From: Sphingomonas sp.
Lineage (GTDB): Bacteria; Pseudomonadota; Alphaproteobacteria; Sphingomonadales; Sphingomonadaceae
Reading direction: 5' to 3'
Length of the DNA stretch: 64,000 nucleotides
Assembly (NCBI RefSeq): GCF_042095875.1
Contig: NZ_JBELMJ010000002.1
Span: 48,909 to 112,908, forward strand
Below, piece by piece: positions 55,011-64,000 of the stretch. Position 1 is the stretch's first letter. Every line of letters begins with the position of its first letter. The translations under genes were made by a program, and so were the position numbers. Below the pieces are notes generated by a model. That model saw only the letters and a list, made by a program, of their open reading frames with translations. It ran no database searches and was not told the DNA's origin.

Positions 55011-55820
55011 GTGGGCCGCGACACGCAGCCTCTCGCGAGCTGCGCGGTGTTAGGCTTCGGTCTCGCCATCGAGCCGCAGCTCTGGGCGCTGCTGTTCGTG
55101 ATGGTTCGCGTCGGCGCGGCGCTGATCGCGGCGCCGGTGTTCGGCAACGTGTCCGTGCCGCTGCCGGTGCGCGTCGCTTTGTCGGGCGCGATCGCGGTGC
55201 TGGTGCTCGGCACCAACACGATCCAGGCGCCGGCCGAAATCTTCACGCTCACCACCATCCTGTCGGTCGTGGCGGAGGCTTTGGTCGGGCTGGCGCTCGG
55301 CTTCGTGCTCCAGATCGCGTTCGCCGCGCCGCTGGTGGCCGGCGAGATCATCGGCGGCGCGATGGGGATCGGATTCGCCAACATGATCGACCCCAATTCG
55401 GGGCGGTCGAGCCCCGCGATCGGCCAGTTCCTGTCGATCATGCTGACGCTGCTGTTCCTGTCGCTCGACGGGCACCTCGTGCTGGTCGACATGATCGTGC
55501 GCAGCTACCAGGCGCTGCCGCCGGGCGCGGCGTGGCTGGACGGCGCGCAGTTCCGCGACATCGCGCTGTTCGGCGGTTACGCGTTCCTCGCGGGGCTCCT
55601 GCTCGCGCTACCGGTCGGGTTCCTGCTCTTGTGCCTCAACCTCGTCATGGGGATGCTGTCGCGCTCCGCGCCCGCGCTCAACCTGTTCGCGATTGGCCTG
55701 CCCGCCAGCCTCGCGGTCGGCGTCGTCTCGATCGCGATCGCTTTCCCGGCGATGGGCGATTACCTGCAGGTCATCGTGCGTGAAGCGCTCGCCGCCGCGC
55801 AGAGCCTGGTGCTCGCCTGA
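55011..55820 (+). CDS. fliR: Flagellar export gate protein FliR
   Basis: LWALLFVMVRVGAALIAAPVFG and polytopic FliR-like sequence. The start is uncertain (GTG 55011 or GTG 55047). The stop overlaps the flhB start. Confidence 0.88.
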   Translation: MGRDTQPLASCAVLGFGLAIEPQLWALLFVMVRVGAALIAAPVFGNVSVPLPVRVALSGAIAVLVLGTNTIQAPAEIFTLTTILSVVAEALVGLALGFVLQIAFAAPLVAGEIIGGAMGIGFANMIDPNSGRSSPAIGQFLSIMLTLLFLSLDGHLVLVDMIVRSYQALPPGAAWLDGAQFRDIALFGGYAFLAGLLLALPVGFLLLCLNLVMGMLSRSAPALNLFAIGLPASLAVGVVSIAIAFPAMGDYLQVIVREALAAAQSLVLA

Positions 55821-56944
55821 TGTCGGAGGGTGGCGACAAGACAGAAGCCCCAACCCAGAAACGCCGCAAGGACGCGCGCGAGAAGGGCGACATCCTCAAG
55901 TCCAAGGACCTCGCGACCGCTTTGGTCGTGCTGGCGGGCGTGGCGTGGATGATCTTCTTCGGGCCGCAACTAATCGCGGCGTGCAAGGCGGTGATGGCGG
56001 CGAGCTTCACGTTCGATCGCGGCGACGTGGAGGATTTCCAGCCGTGGCGGCCGCTGGTGCAGGCGGGATGGAAGCTCGCGCCCGCGCTGGCTACCCTGTT
56101 CGCGATCACGATGGCGGCGGCGGTGGTCAGCCAGGCGGCGCTCGGCAGCCTGTCGTTCAACGCCTCGGTGCTCGCACCCAAGGGCGGGCGGCTCAACCCT
56201 GCGTCGGGGCTGAAGCGCATCTTCGGGACCAACGGCTGGACCGAGCTGGGCAAGTCGCTGCTCAAGGTGATCCTGCTCGGCGCGATCGGCGCCTACATGC
56301 TGTGGGGGGTGGCGCAGTCGAGCTTCGGGCTCGCTTACTCGAACATTAACCAAGCGATCTCGTCGCTAGGGTCAACGCTGACCGGCGTACTGCTGGTGAT
56401 GGCGATGGGGCTGGTCGGAATCGCGATGCTCGACGTGCCGCTGCAGATCATCCAGCTGCTCGGCAAGCTGCGCATGACCAAGCAGGAGGTCAAGGACGAG
56501 CACAAGGAGAGCGAGGGTAACGCGGAGATGAAGGGGCATCAGCGCGCGCAGGCGCGCGCGATGCTGTCGGGCGGGGTGCGCAAGGCGGTGGGCGAGGCGC
56601 ACGTCGTGCTGACCAACCCGACGCATTTCGCGGTCGCGCTGCGCTACGATCGCGGGCGCGACCAGGTGCCGGTGGTGGTCGCCAAGGGCCGGGGTGCTAC
56701 CGCGCTGGCGATCCGCGAGCTGGCGGGGGAGCGGGGCTTGCAGGTGCTCGAATATCCCGCCCTCGCCCGCGCGGTCTATTACACCAGCCGCGAGGGGCAG
56801 GAGGTGCGCGACGATTTGTACCTCGCGATCGCGACGGTGCTCGCGTTCGTGTTCGGCGTCAACGCGGCGGCGGGCGGCACGCAGCCGCCGGTCGAGGTGC
56901 CGGCGGGCGCGCGCTTCGACGAGAACGGCATCCAGCAGGGGTGA
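55820..56944 (+). CDS. flhB: Flagellar export switch protein FlhB
   Basis: MSEGGDKTEAPTQKRRKDAREKGDILKSKDL, and the autocleavage site VVLTNPTHFAVALRY. Confidence 0.96.
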   Translation: MSEGGDKTEAPTQKRRKDAREKGDILKSKDLATALVVLAGVAWMIFFGPQLIAACKAVMAASFTFDRGDVEDFQPWRPLVQAGWKLAPALATLFAITMAAAVVSQAALGSLSFNASVLAPKGGRLNPASGLKRIFGTNGWTELGKSLLKVILLGAIGAYMLWGVAQSSFGLAYSNINQAISSLGSTLTGVLLVMAMGLVGIAMLDVPLQIIQLLGKLRMTKQEVKDEHKESEGNAEMKGHQRAQARAMLSGGVRKAVGEAHVVLTNPTHFAVALRYDRGRDQVPVVVAKGRGATALAIRELAGERGLQVLEYPALARAVYYTSREGQEVRDDLYLAIATVLAFVFGVNAAAGGTQPPVEVPAGARFDENGIQQG

Positions 56945-56961
56945 AAAGCTGGCAGCAGGCG

Positions 56962-56989
56962 TAAAGGTTCGGACCAGCCGGTCGTTTAA
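56962..56989 (+). promoter_or_regulatory. Sigma28-type promoter upstream of fliD-fliS
   Basis: TAAAGGTT-N11-GTCGTTTAA. It ends only 12 nt before the ATG at 57002, so either the leader is very short or fliD starts at the in-frame ATG at 57044. Confidence 0.55.
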
Positions 56990-57001
56990 CGGATCACAGC
57001 C

Positions 57002-58510
57002 ATGACCACGACCAGCGCCACCAGCGGCACGACGCCGACGCCCATGCCGACCAAGTCGACCGCGAGCGTCACCACCTCCGCGACCAACTCGCTGCTGACC
57101 TCGCTCGGCACCGGATCGGGGGTGGACACCTCCAGCCTGGTCACCTCGCTGGTCGACGCGCAGTTCGCGGCGAAGAAGAACGCGCTGTCGAGCAAGCTCG
57201 ACACGATCTCGTCTCAGATTTCCGCGGTCGCGACGCTCAAGAGCAACATCACCGATTTCACCAAGGCGCTGGAGAATCTGGTCAAGAGCGGGACGCTCGC
57301 CTCGCAGCCGGTGGTGTCGAACACGGGCGTGCTGTCTGCGACCGCGCTGACCGGCGGCAAGCTGTCGGGGCTGAACAGCACGATCAGGGTGACGCAGCTC
57401 GCCACCGCGCAGACCGCGGTGAGCGCGAAGGTGGCGACGCCCAAGGCGACGACGTTCGGTTCGGGCACGCTGACGCTGAAGATCGGGACGGTCACGACCG
57501 GCACGGACGGCAAGCCGGTGCTCAAGGGCAGCGACGCCGACGGGGACGGCGCAGAGGACACGATCGCGATCGCGATCGACGGGACCAACAACACGCTGTC
57601 GGGCATTGCCGCGGCGATCAACGCGAAGAAGTCGGGCGTCACCGCCTCGATCGTGACCGACGCCGACGGCGGTGCGTATCTGTCGCTCAAAGGTGCGACC
57701 GGCGCGGCGCAGGCGTTCTCGCTGTCCGCGGACTCGGCCGACCTCGCGCCGTTCGCGGTCGATCCGCTGTCGTCCGGTTCGGCGATGAAGGTGTCGAGCC
57801 AGTCGCAGAACGCCAAGCTGACGATGGATGGCGTCGACGTCGAGCGCGCGTTCAACGAGGTCAGCGACCTGATCGCGGGCGCGAAGCTCAACCTGACCGC
57901 GGTCGGGACGACGACGCTGACCTCGAGCCGGCCGACGACCGCGATCACCAACGCGGTGAGCGACTTCGTCGACACCTACAACGGCATCGTCGCGACCATC
58001 AAGGAACAGACCGACCCGATCACCGGCGTGCTGCGCGCCGACCCGGCGGCGAAGAACCTGCTGCGCGCGCTCCAGGGCCTGACGAGCAGGGTGTTGAACG
58101 GCCAGGCGAGCGCGGGCGTACCCAATACGCTGGCCGCGATCGGCATCCGCACGACGCGGCAGGGCATGCTGGAGGTCGACGACAAGGCGCTGACCGCGGC
58201 GATGACGACCAACGCCGACGCGGTGGAGGCGATGTTCTCCTACGGCACGTCCGACGGCATCTACTCGGCGATGCAGTCGCTGCAGCTGAACGCGACCAGC
58301 TCAATCTACGGCCTCGGCGCGTCGACGAGCAATTACCTGAAGACGCGCAGCGACACGACCGAGAAGCAGGACAAGTTGACCGATCAGGCGGCGTCGATGA
58401 CCGCGCGGCTGACGCAGCAATTCTCGAGCATGAACGCCAAGGTGTCGGCGTACAAGTCGACGCAGTCGTTCATGCAGCAGCAGATCGACCAATGGTCGAA
58501 GTCGAACTGA
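57002..58510 (+). CDS. fliD: Flagellar filament capping protein FliD
   Basis: LLTSLGTGSGVDTSSLVTSLVDAQFAAKKNALSSKLDTISSQISAVATLKSNITDF, and a C-terminal coiled coil (SMNAKVSAYKSTQSFMQQQIDQW). Confidence 0.9.
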   Translation: MTTTSATSGTTPTPMPTKSTASVTTSATNSLLTSLGTGSGVDTSSLVTSLVDAQFAAKKNALSSKLDTISSQISAVATLKSNITDFTKALENLVKSGTLASQPVVSNTGVLSATALTGGKLSGLNSTIRVTQLATAQTAVSAKVATPKATTFGSGTLTLKIGTVTTGTDGKPVLKGSDADGDGAEDTIAIAIDGTNNTLSGIAAAINAKKSGVTASIVTDADGGAYLSLKGATGAAQAFSLSADSADLAPFAVDPLSSGSAMKVSSQSQNAKLTMDGVDVERAFNEVSDLIAGAKLNLTAVGTTTLTSSRPTTAITNAVSDFVDTYNGIVATIKEQTDPITGVLRADPAAKNLLRALQGLTSRVLNGQASAGVPNTLAAIGIRTTRQGMLEVDDKALTAAMTTNADAVEAMFSYGTSDGIYSAMQSLQLNATSSIYGLGASTSNYLKTRSDTTEKQDKLTDQAASMTARLTQQFSSMNAKVSAYKSTQSFMQQQIDQWSKSN

Positions 58511-58511
58511 G

Positions 58512-58910
58512 ATGGCCTATGCTTCGGCCCTGCTGCGCGATCCGGCGCGCACGTATCGCGAGATCGACCTCGCCGGCCGCACCGCGGTGGCGGACGGCCC
58601 GGCGCTGGTGCAGTTGCTCTACGAGGAACTGATCGCGGCGCTGCGCACCTCGGCCTGGGCGGCGGAGAACGGGCGCTACGCGGTCAAGAGCGAGCGCGTG
58701 ACGCGCGCCACCGCGATCCTGTTCGCGCTGGAAGCCAACCTCGATTTCGAGCGCGGCGGCGAAGTGTCGACCGTGCTCGCGCGGCTGTACGCCGGCGCGC
58801 GCCGCCGCGTAGTGGAGGCGAGCATCGGCCACTCGGGCGCGCCGTTCCGCCATGTCGCCGACGAGTTGGATGAGATCGCGCAGGCGTGGAAGCAGGCGCG
58901 CGCGGCCTGA
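58512..58910 (+). CDS. fliS: Flagellin-specific export chaperone FliS
   Basis: ALVQLLYEELIAALRTS and RATAILFALEANLDFERGGEVSTVLARLYAGARRRV. It follows fliD directly. Confidence 0.85.
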   Translation: MAYASALLRDPARTYREIDLAGRTAVADGPALVQLLYEELIAALRTSAWAAENGRYAVKSERVTRATAILFALEANLDFERGGEVSTVLARLYAGARRRVVEASIGHSGAPFRHVADELDEIAQAWKQARAA

Positions 58911-59082
58911 GAGCCGCATCGTCGTCACGCCCGCGGAACAACCCCGCTCTGTCGCGCACTTGATTGCGCGAGCGATGAGTGGACAAGCGTTGAACAGCGA
59001 ACAACGGTGCTTACCCGATGGCGGGACGGACGCGTTCGCGGGACGACCCACGCTGCGCCGGATAGCGCACCATGGCGCGGCG

Positions 59083-59928
59083 ATGCGGGCGGTCACGCGC
59101 TGGGTCGTGCTGCTCGCGCGCACCGTGCGCGGCGCGGTGCACGACGATTTCGGCATCGCGGCGAGCTCGATCGCGTTCGCGGCCTTTCTCGCGATCGTGC
59201 CGCTGATCGGCCTCGTCGCCGCTGCTTACGGATTGCTCGTGCCGGACGCGACCGTTGCCGCCAATCTCGCCCAGCTGACCACGATCCTGCCCGGCGACGC
59301 GCAACGGATCGTGGTGCGCAGCCTGCACCTCGCGCCCGCGCTCGACCGTCGCGGCATCGTCACCCTGGTTGCGTCGCTGGGCGTCGCCTTGTTCAGCGCG
59401 CGGCGCGCGGGACGGTCGATGCTGCATGGCATCAACCTCGCCTACGGCATCGAGCGCGAGCGGCGCGGGATCAGGCGGCACGTCGTGTCCACGCTGCTGG
59501 TGCTCGGTTGCGCCGCGCTGGTGCTGACCGCGCTCATCTCGCTGTCGGTGCTCGCCATCCTGCAGAGCTACGTGCCCGACGGGTTGCCGGGTGCGCGGCT
59601 CGCCTCGACCGCGATCCTGTTCGGGTCGTTGACGCTGGGCGCGGGCGGCGGGTTGATCCTGATCTATCGCTACGCGGTCGCGGGCGAGCCGGTGCCGTGG
59701 AAACAGGCGCTGCCCGGCACGATCGCGGGCGTCGCGATGTGGCTGTCCGCGACGCTGCTGTTCCGCGGCTACGTGTCGCATCTCGCGCGTTTCGACAACA
59801 CCTACGGATCGCTGTCGGCGGTGGTCGTGCTGATGCTGTGGTTGACGGTGTCGGCCTGGGCGCTGCTGCTGGGTGCCCGCTTGAACGCGGAAGCGATGAA
59901 CCAGCCGGAAGGAGGCAAGCAGGCATGA
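59083..59928 (+). CDS. YihY/BrkB (virulence factor BrkB / former RNase BN) family membrane protein
   Basis: AASSIAFAAFLAIVPLIGLV, YGSLSAVVVLMLWLTVSAWALLLGARLNAE. The start is uncertain (ATG 59083 or ATG 58975). Confidence 0.75.
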   Translation: MRAVTRWVVLLARTVRGAVHDDFGIAASSIAFAAFLAIVPLIGLVAAAYGLLVPDATVAANLAQLTTILPGDAQRIVVRSLHLAPALDRRGIVTLVASLGVALFSARRAGRSMLHGINLAYGIERERRGIRRHVVSTLLVLGCAALVLTALISLSVLAILQSYVPDGLPGARLASTAILFGSLTLGAGGGLILIYRYAVAGEPVPWKQALPGTIAGVAMWLSATLLFRGYVSHLARFDNTYGSLSAVVVLMLWLTVSAWALLLGARLNAEAMNQPEGGKQA

Positions 59929-60950
59929 GCGCGGACACGACCGACACGGCCACGCAGAACCGGTACCGCAACCGGCTGCTCAGCATCATCACCGCGATCC
60001 TGCTGATCGCGGCGCTGCGCGGGGCATTCGCGGTGGTGATGCCGGTCGCGTTCGCGGCAATCATCGTCGCGGCGCTGTGGCCGCTCAAGCACTGGCTGGC
60101 GCGGTTCGTCCCTTCGTGGCTCGCCTACACGCTGACAATGCTGGCGCTGGTCGGCATCCTGGGCGCGTTCGCGGCGGCGGTGTACCTGTCGATCGGGCAG
60201 GTGTTCGACGCGCTGTCGTCGCAGTGGACCACGCTGGAGCGCGCCTATGTACGACTGGCGCGCGCGGCGAGCGAGCACGCCGTACCGCTGGGCGGGACCA
60301 TCGACCGGCAGCGCATCACGGGCGTGCTGCAGATGCTGGCGAGCGGCGTGTACGCGTTCGTCACCTACGTGGGGTTCATCGGCATCGTGGTGGTGCTGGG
60401 CCTGCCCGAGGTGCCGCGGCTGCGGCGCAAGCTGTACGAGATGTTCGAGGGCGGCGCGCGGCGCGACATGCTGGAGGTCGGCGAGGACATCTCGCACCAG
60501 ATCCGGCGCTACCTGGGTACCACGCTGGCGACCAGCATCCTGACCGGCGTCGCGTCCGCCGCATGGTCGTGGATCACCGGGCTGGAGCTGGCGCTGGTTT
60601 GGGGAATCCTGAACTTCCTGCTGAACTTCGTGCCGGTGATCGGCAACATCGTCGGCATCGTGCCACCGGTGATCTTCGCGTTCATCCAGTTCGGCGGATG
60701 GCAGATGCCGCTGCTGGTGTTCGCCGGGTTCGCGGTCCTGCAACTGACGATCAGCAACTTCGTCTACCCGATCATGCAGGGCAAGCAGCTGTCGCTCTCC
60801 CCGCTGGCGATCATCGTCGCGATGACGTTCTGGAGCTGGGTATGGGGGATCGCCGGCGCACTGATCGCGGTGCCGCTGACCGCCGGCATCGCGATCGTGT
60901 GCAGCCAGTTCGAGCGCAGCCGCTGGATCGCGCGGCTGTTGTCGTCGTGA
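59925..60950 (+). CDS. AI-2E family transporter (PerM-like permease)
   Basis: LNFVPVIGNIVGIVPPVIFAF and LSPLAIIVAMTFWSWVWGIAGALIAVPLTAGI. ATGA overlap with the upstream gene. Confidence 0.8.
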   Translation: MSADTTDTATQNRYRNRLLSIITAILLIAALRGAFAVVMPVAFAAIIVAALWPLKHWLARFVPSWLAYTLTMLALVGILGAFAAAVYLSIGQVFDALSSQWTTLERAYVRLARAASEHAVPLGGTIDRQRITGVLQMLASGVYAFVTYVGFIGIVVVLGLPEVPRLRRKLYEMFEGGARRDMLEVGEDISHQIRRYLGTTLATSILTGVASAAWSWITGLELALVWGILNFLLNFVPVIGNIVGIVPPVIFAFIQFGGWQMPLLVFAGFAVLQLTISNFVYPIMQGKQLSLSPLAIIVAMTFWSWVWGIAGALIAVPLTAGIAIVCSQFERSRWIARLLSS

Positions 60951-60965
60951 ACGCCGCGGGGTGCG

Positions 60966-61943
60966 CTACATGCCCGTGCCGCGCCCGATCCAGCGGTGGC
61001 GCACGAAGAACAAGGTCGTGCCCGCGGCGATGACGACGCACAACGCGACGATCGCGTCGAACGCCCAGGGCTCGTGCGCCAGCCACAGCCCGTCGACGTT
61101 CATGCCGTACAATCCGGTCAGGAAGGTGAGCGGCAGGAACACCATGGCCGCGATCGCGATCACCAGGCTGCGCGAATCGAGCTGTTCCGCGCGGAGGTCG
61201 GTCAGCGCCTCGTGCACCACGCCCGCGCGCTCGCGGATCGCCTCCACCTCCTCCGCCATGCGCGCGGCGCGGTCGGCCGCCGCCGACAGATGCGCGCGGT
61301 CGTCGTCGCCGAGCCAGTCGCCCGGCAACGTCGCGAGGCGTTCTAGCGCGATGCGCTGCGGATTGAGGAAGCGCCGGTAGTTGATCGCCTCCGACCGCAC
61401 GCGCGTGACGCCGCGGCGCAGCTCGAAGATGCGCTTGGTATCGAGCTCTTGCTCGCAATCGTCCAACCAGTCGCCCAGGTCGGCGACGACGGGGTCGAGG
61501 TCCTCGGTGATCTCGGTCGCGAAGGCGGTCAGCAGGTCGCCGGGGTCGCGGATCGCGCCCGACTTCACCTCGGCCACCACGGCGTCGAGCGCGACGAGCT
61601 TCTTGCGCGTGACCGACACGACGCGGCCCTTCGCGGCCCAGATGCGGATCGAGGCGAGCATGTCTGACGATTCGATCTGCTCGTCGGTGCGGCCGCGCAG
61701 GTTGAGGAAGGCCCCCTCGCCTTTGTCGCCGCCCATTTTCTCGCAGCGCGGGCGCGTCTCGGCGGCGGTCAGCGCGTCGACCGTGAACGCCTCCAACTTC
61801 GCGCGGTCGCGCAGCCACGCCTGCGCGTGCTCGGCAGTGGTGGCGAGGTGGACCCAGACGAACGGCGCGCCGCAGCCAAGCGCGTGGTCGATCTCGACCG
61901 GCTCGGCGCGGCCGTCGGCGATGCGGTAGGCGAAGCCGCTCAC
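60966..61943 (-). CDS. CorA-superfamily divalent-metal transporter (ZntB-like)
   Basis: AAMVFLPLTFLTGLYGMNVDGL (GMN motif) and a ZntB-like soluble domain (FVWVHL, TRKKLVALDAVVAEV, INYRRFLNPQR). The GTG start at 61943 overlaps the upstream stop. Confidence 0.8.
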   Translation of the reverse strand: MSGFAYRIADGRAEPVEIDHALGCGAPFVWVHLATTAEHAQAWLRDRAKLEAFTVDALTAAETRPRCEKMGGDKGEGAFLNLRGRTDEQIESSDMLASIRIWAAKGRVVSVTRKKLVALDAVVAEVKSGAIRDPGDLLTAFATEITEDLDPVVADLGDWLDDCEQELDTKRIFELRRGVTRVRSEAINYRRFLNPQRIALERLATLPGDWLGDDDRAHLSAAADRAARMAEEVEAIRERAGVVHEALTDLRAEQLDSRSLVIAIAAMVFLPLTFLTGLYGMNVDGLWLAHEPWAFDAIVALCVVIAAGTTLFFVRHRWIGRGTGM

Positions 61944-62710
61944 GCGCCCTGCCCCGCGAAGGCCACGTCGACGGTGAGCCCTTCGGCGCTGGTTGCAGGC
62001 GCGGCGTCGGTCGCCGCGCGCACCGCGTCGGCGCGCGCGCGGTCGAGCACGGCATGGGGCACGTCTGCGCGGTGGGTGACGCGGTCGGCCTGCGCGAGCC
62101 AGCGTGCCTCGCGCAGCGTGAGGTCGTCGGGATCGGTCGAGCGCAGGCGGACGTGCGCGACGCGCGGCGCGGCGCCGGCGGCGATCCGTGCCGCCACATC
62201 GACGTTGCCGTGATCGTCGAGCGGGTCGAGCGCGCCGCCCGAGGCGAGCGCCGCGCCGATCGCGCGGCGGCGCTCGGGCGTTTCGGGAAAGCGCGCGCGC
62301 AGCGCGTCGCGCGCGGCGTGGAGCGCCTCGGCGAGGCGGCCGAGGTCGGCGGGCAGGATCGCCTCTAGCCGCTGACGCACCGCCGCCGCGAGCCCGGCGG
62401 AGACGCCGCCGGTGCCGATCGCGACCAGCAGCGGCGCGCGATCGACGATCGCAGGCAGCGTGAAGTCGCACAATTCGGGCCGGTCGACGACGTTGACGAG
62501 CAGGCCCCGCGCCTTGAGCCGATGCGCCGCGGCCTCGTCGTCGGCGACCACCGCCAGCCGCGCCTCGCCCACCCGCTGCTCGCCGACGATCGTCGCGCCG
62601 GCGCGCTCGAGCAGGCGGCGCTTGGCGTCGGCGGCCTCACCCTCCCCCACCAGCACCACCGCGCGGCCCGAGAGCCGCACGAAGATCGGCAGCGCGGGCC
62701 AGTCGCTCAC
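61940..62710 (-). CDS. Precorrin-2 dehydrogenase / sirohydrochlorin ferrochelatase-like protein (CysG N-terminal type) with a degenerate methyltransferase remnant
   Basis: LPIFVRLSGRAVVLVGEGEAADAKRRLL (Rossmann) and NVVDRPELCDFTLPAIVDRAPLLVAIGTGGVSAGLA. The tail VAHVRLRSTDPDDLTLREARWLAQADRV resembles the start of a SUMT domain but lacks the GAGPGD loop. GTG start at 62710. Confidence 0.7.
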   Translation of the reverse strand: MSDWPALPIFVRLSGRAVVLVGEGEAADAKRRLLERAGATIVGEQRVGEARLAVVADDEAAAHRLKARGLLVNVVDRPELCDFTLPAIVDRAPLLVAIGTGGVSAGLAAAVRQRLEAILPADLGRLAEALHAARDALRARFPETPERRRAIGAALASGGALDPLDDHGNVDVAARIAAGAAPRVAHVRLRSTDPDDLTLREARWLAQADRVTHRADVPHAVLDRARADAVRAATDAAPATSAEGLTVDVAFAGQGA

Positions 62711-62726
62711 CGTGTCGTCCCCTCAC

Positions 62727-63983
62727 CTACAACCATTCGGGCACGCGCTCGGCGGCCAGGATCGTCTCGGCGGCGATGCGGTCGGCGACCACGGCGTAGC
62801 GGTCGCCGTCGACCAGCACCTCGGGCACCAAGGCGCGGCTGTTGTACGTCGAGGCCATCGTCGCGCCGTAGGCGCCCGCGCTGTGGAACACGGCGAGGTC
62901 ACCGCTCGCGACCGCGTCGATCTCGCGTGCCATCGCGAAGGTATCGCCGGTCTCGCACACCGGACCCGCGATGTTGCCGGTCATCCGCTCGCCGCTGGGC
63001 CGAACGGCGGCGAAATCGTGCCACGCGTCGTAGAGCGCGGGGCGCGCGAGGTCGTTCATCGCCGCGTCGACGATGACGTAGGGGTTCACGACGCCCGGCT
63101 TGACCCAGATCACGCGGGTCAGCAGCACGCCCGCGTTGGCGGCGATGACGCGGCCGGGCTCGAACATCAGCTCCACGCCCCAGCCGCGCGTCACGCGCTC
63201 GACCATCGCGCCGTAGTCGGCGGGGGGCGCCGGGCGATCGTCGGCCTTGTAGGCGACGCCCAGCCCGCCGCCGAGGTCGACGCGCGTGACACGGTGACCG
63301 GCGGCGCGCAGTTCGTCGACCAGCGCCTTCACGCGCGTGTACGCCGCCTCGAGTGGGGCGAGGTCGAACAGCTGGCTGCCGATGTGGATCGCGACGCCTT
63401 GCAGGTCGAGGCCCGGCAGCGCGGACAGCCGCGCGAACATCGCGGCGGCCTGATCCACGGCCACGCCGAACTTGTTCTCCTTGCGCCCGGTCGAGATTTT
63501 GGCGTGGGTGCCGGCATCGACGTCGGGGTTGACGCGCAGCACCGCGCGCGCGGTCATGCCCCGCTCGGCGGCTAGCGCCGCGAGCACGACGCCCTCCTCC
63601 TCCAGCTCGATGTTGAACTGCCCGATCCCGGCGTCGAGGCCGCGCAGCAGCTCGGCCGGGGTCTTGCCGACGCCCGAGAAGACGATGTCAGCGGCGGGCA
63701 TGCCGGCGGCGAGCGCGCGCGCCATCTCGCCGCCCGAGACGACGTCGGCGCCGTAGCTCTCGGCGGCGAGCAGGCGCAGCACCGCGATATTGGGGTTGGC
63801 CTTGATCGCGTAGGCGAGGTGCTTGTCGCTTACGCCCGACAGCGCGTCGCGGAAGGTGCGGGCGTGGTCGCGAAAGGCGGCGGCGGAGTAGACGTAGACG
63901 GGAGTGCCGACCTCGTCCGCGATGCGCGACAAGGGCACGCCCTCGCACCACAAGGCGCCGTCGTGATGATGGAAATGGGTCAT
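62727..63983 (-). CDS. lysA: Diaminopimelate decarboxylase
   Basis: GTPVYVYSAAAFRDH, YAIKANPNIAVLRLL, HIGSQ and CETGDTFA. It is 418 aa and complete in the window. Confidence 0.93.
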   Translation of the reverse strand: MTHFHHHDGALWCEGVPLSRIADEVGTPVYVYSAAAFRDHARTFRDALSGVSDKHLAYAIKANPNIAVLRLLAAESYGADVVSGGEMARALAAGMPAADIVFSGVGKTPAELLRGLDAGIGQFNIELEEEGVVLAALAAERGMTARAVLRVNPDVDAGTHAKISTGRKENKFGVAVDQAAAMFARLSALPGLDLQGVAIHIGSQLFDLAPLEAAYTRVKALVDELRAAGHRVTRVDLGGGLGVAYKADDRPAPPADYGAMVERVTRGWGVELMFEPGRVIAANAGVLLTRVIWVKPGVVNPYVIVDAAMNDLARPALYDAWHDFAAVRPSGERMTGNIAGPVCETGDTFAMAREIDAVASGDLAVFHSAGAYGATMASTYNSRALVPEVLVDGDRYAVVADRIAAETILAAERVPEWL

Positions 63984-64000
63984 TGCGGGGGGAGGTCAAA

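Overview
Very GC-rich chromosomal segment; third codon positions are almost always G/C. Gene content and repeat types look alphaproteobacterial and Sphingomonas-like, but that taxonomic call is an inference. All homology calls come from reading the translated ORFs and recognising motifs from memory; no searches were run.

Layout:
(1) 1-5.6 kb, housekeeping: an OprB-type porin interrupted by an in-frame TGA, dapD, a HAD nucleotidase, a luciferase-like oxidoreductase, purE and purK.
(2) 5.8-14.1 kb: a tightly coupled cluster of HAD-IB phosphatase, LicC-like nucleotidyltransferase, TagB/TagF-like transferase, CDP-alcohol phosphotransferase with an extra N-terminal domain, DUF2141, DAG-kinase-family lipid kinase, an unknown protein, a MobA-like nucleotidyltransferase and a convergent MOP/Wzx-type flippase. 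This is my best candidate for an undescribed pathway, either a phosphodiester head-group lipid or a polyol-phosphate surface polymer.
(3) 14.3-21 kb: SDR with an EcfG-like promoter, a methyltransferase, an M1 aminopeptidase, a glutaminyl cyclase and a tandem cold-shock-domain protein with a long Gly/Arg/Phe-rich N-terminus.
(4) 21.1-58.9 kb: an almost complete flagellar regulon.
- motAB
- flgBCDEFGHIJKL
- a second, short stator-like pair followed by flgA, then flgMN
- lytic transglycosylase-flhA-fliA
- three monocistronic flagellin genes
- a sigma54 activator followed by fliEFGHIJKLMNOPQR-flhB
- fliDS
Sigma54-type and sigma28-type promoters can be read directly from the sequence and suggest a tiered cascade.
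(5) 59-64 kb: YihY-family protein, AI-2E transporter, ZntB/CorA-like transporter, CysG-N-like protein and lysA.

I could not recognise any rRNA, tRNA, CRISPR array, transposase or integrase. Many long ORFs in the six-frame track are antisense or off-frame artefacts of the high GC content.
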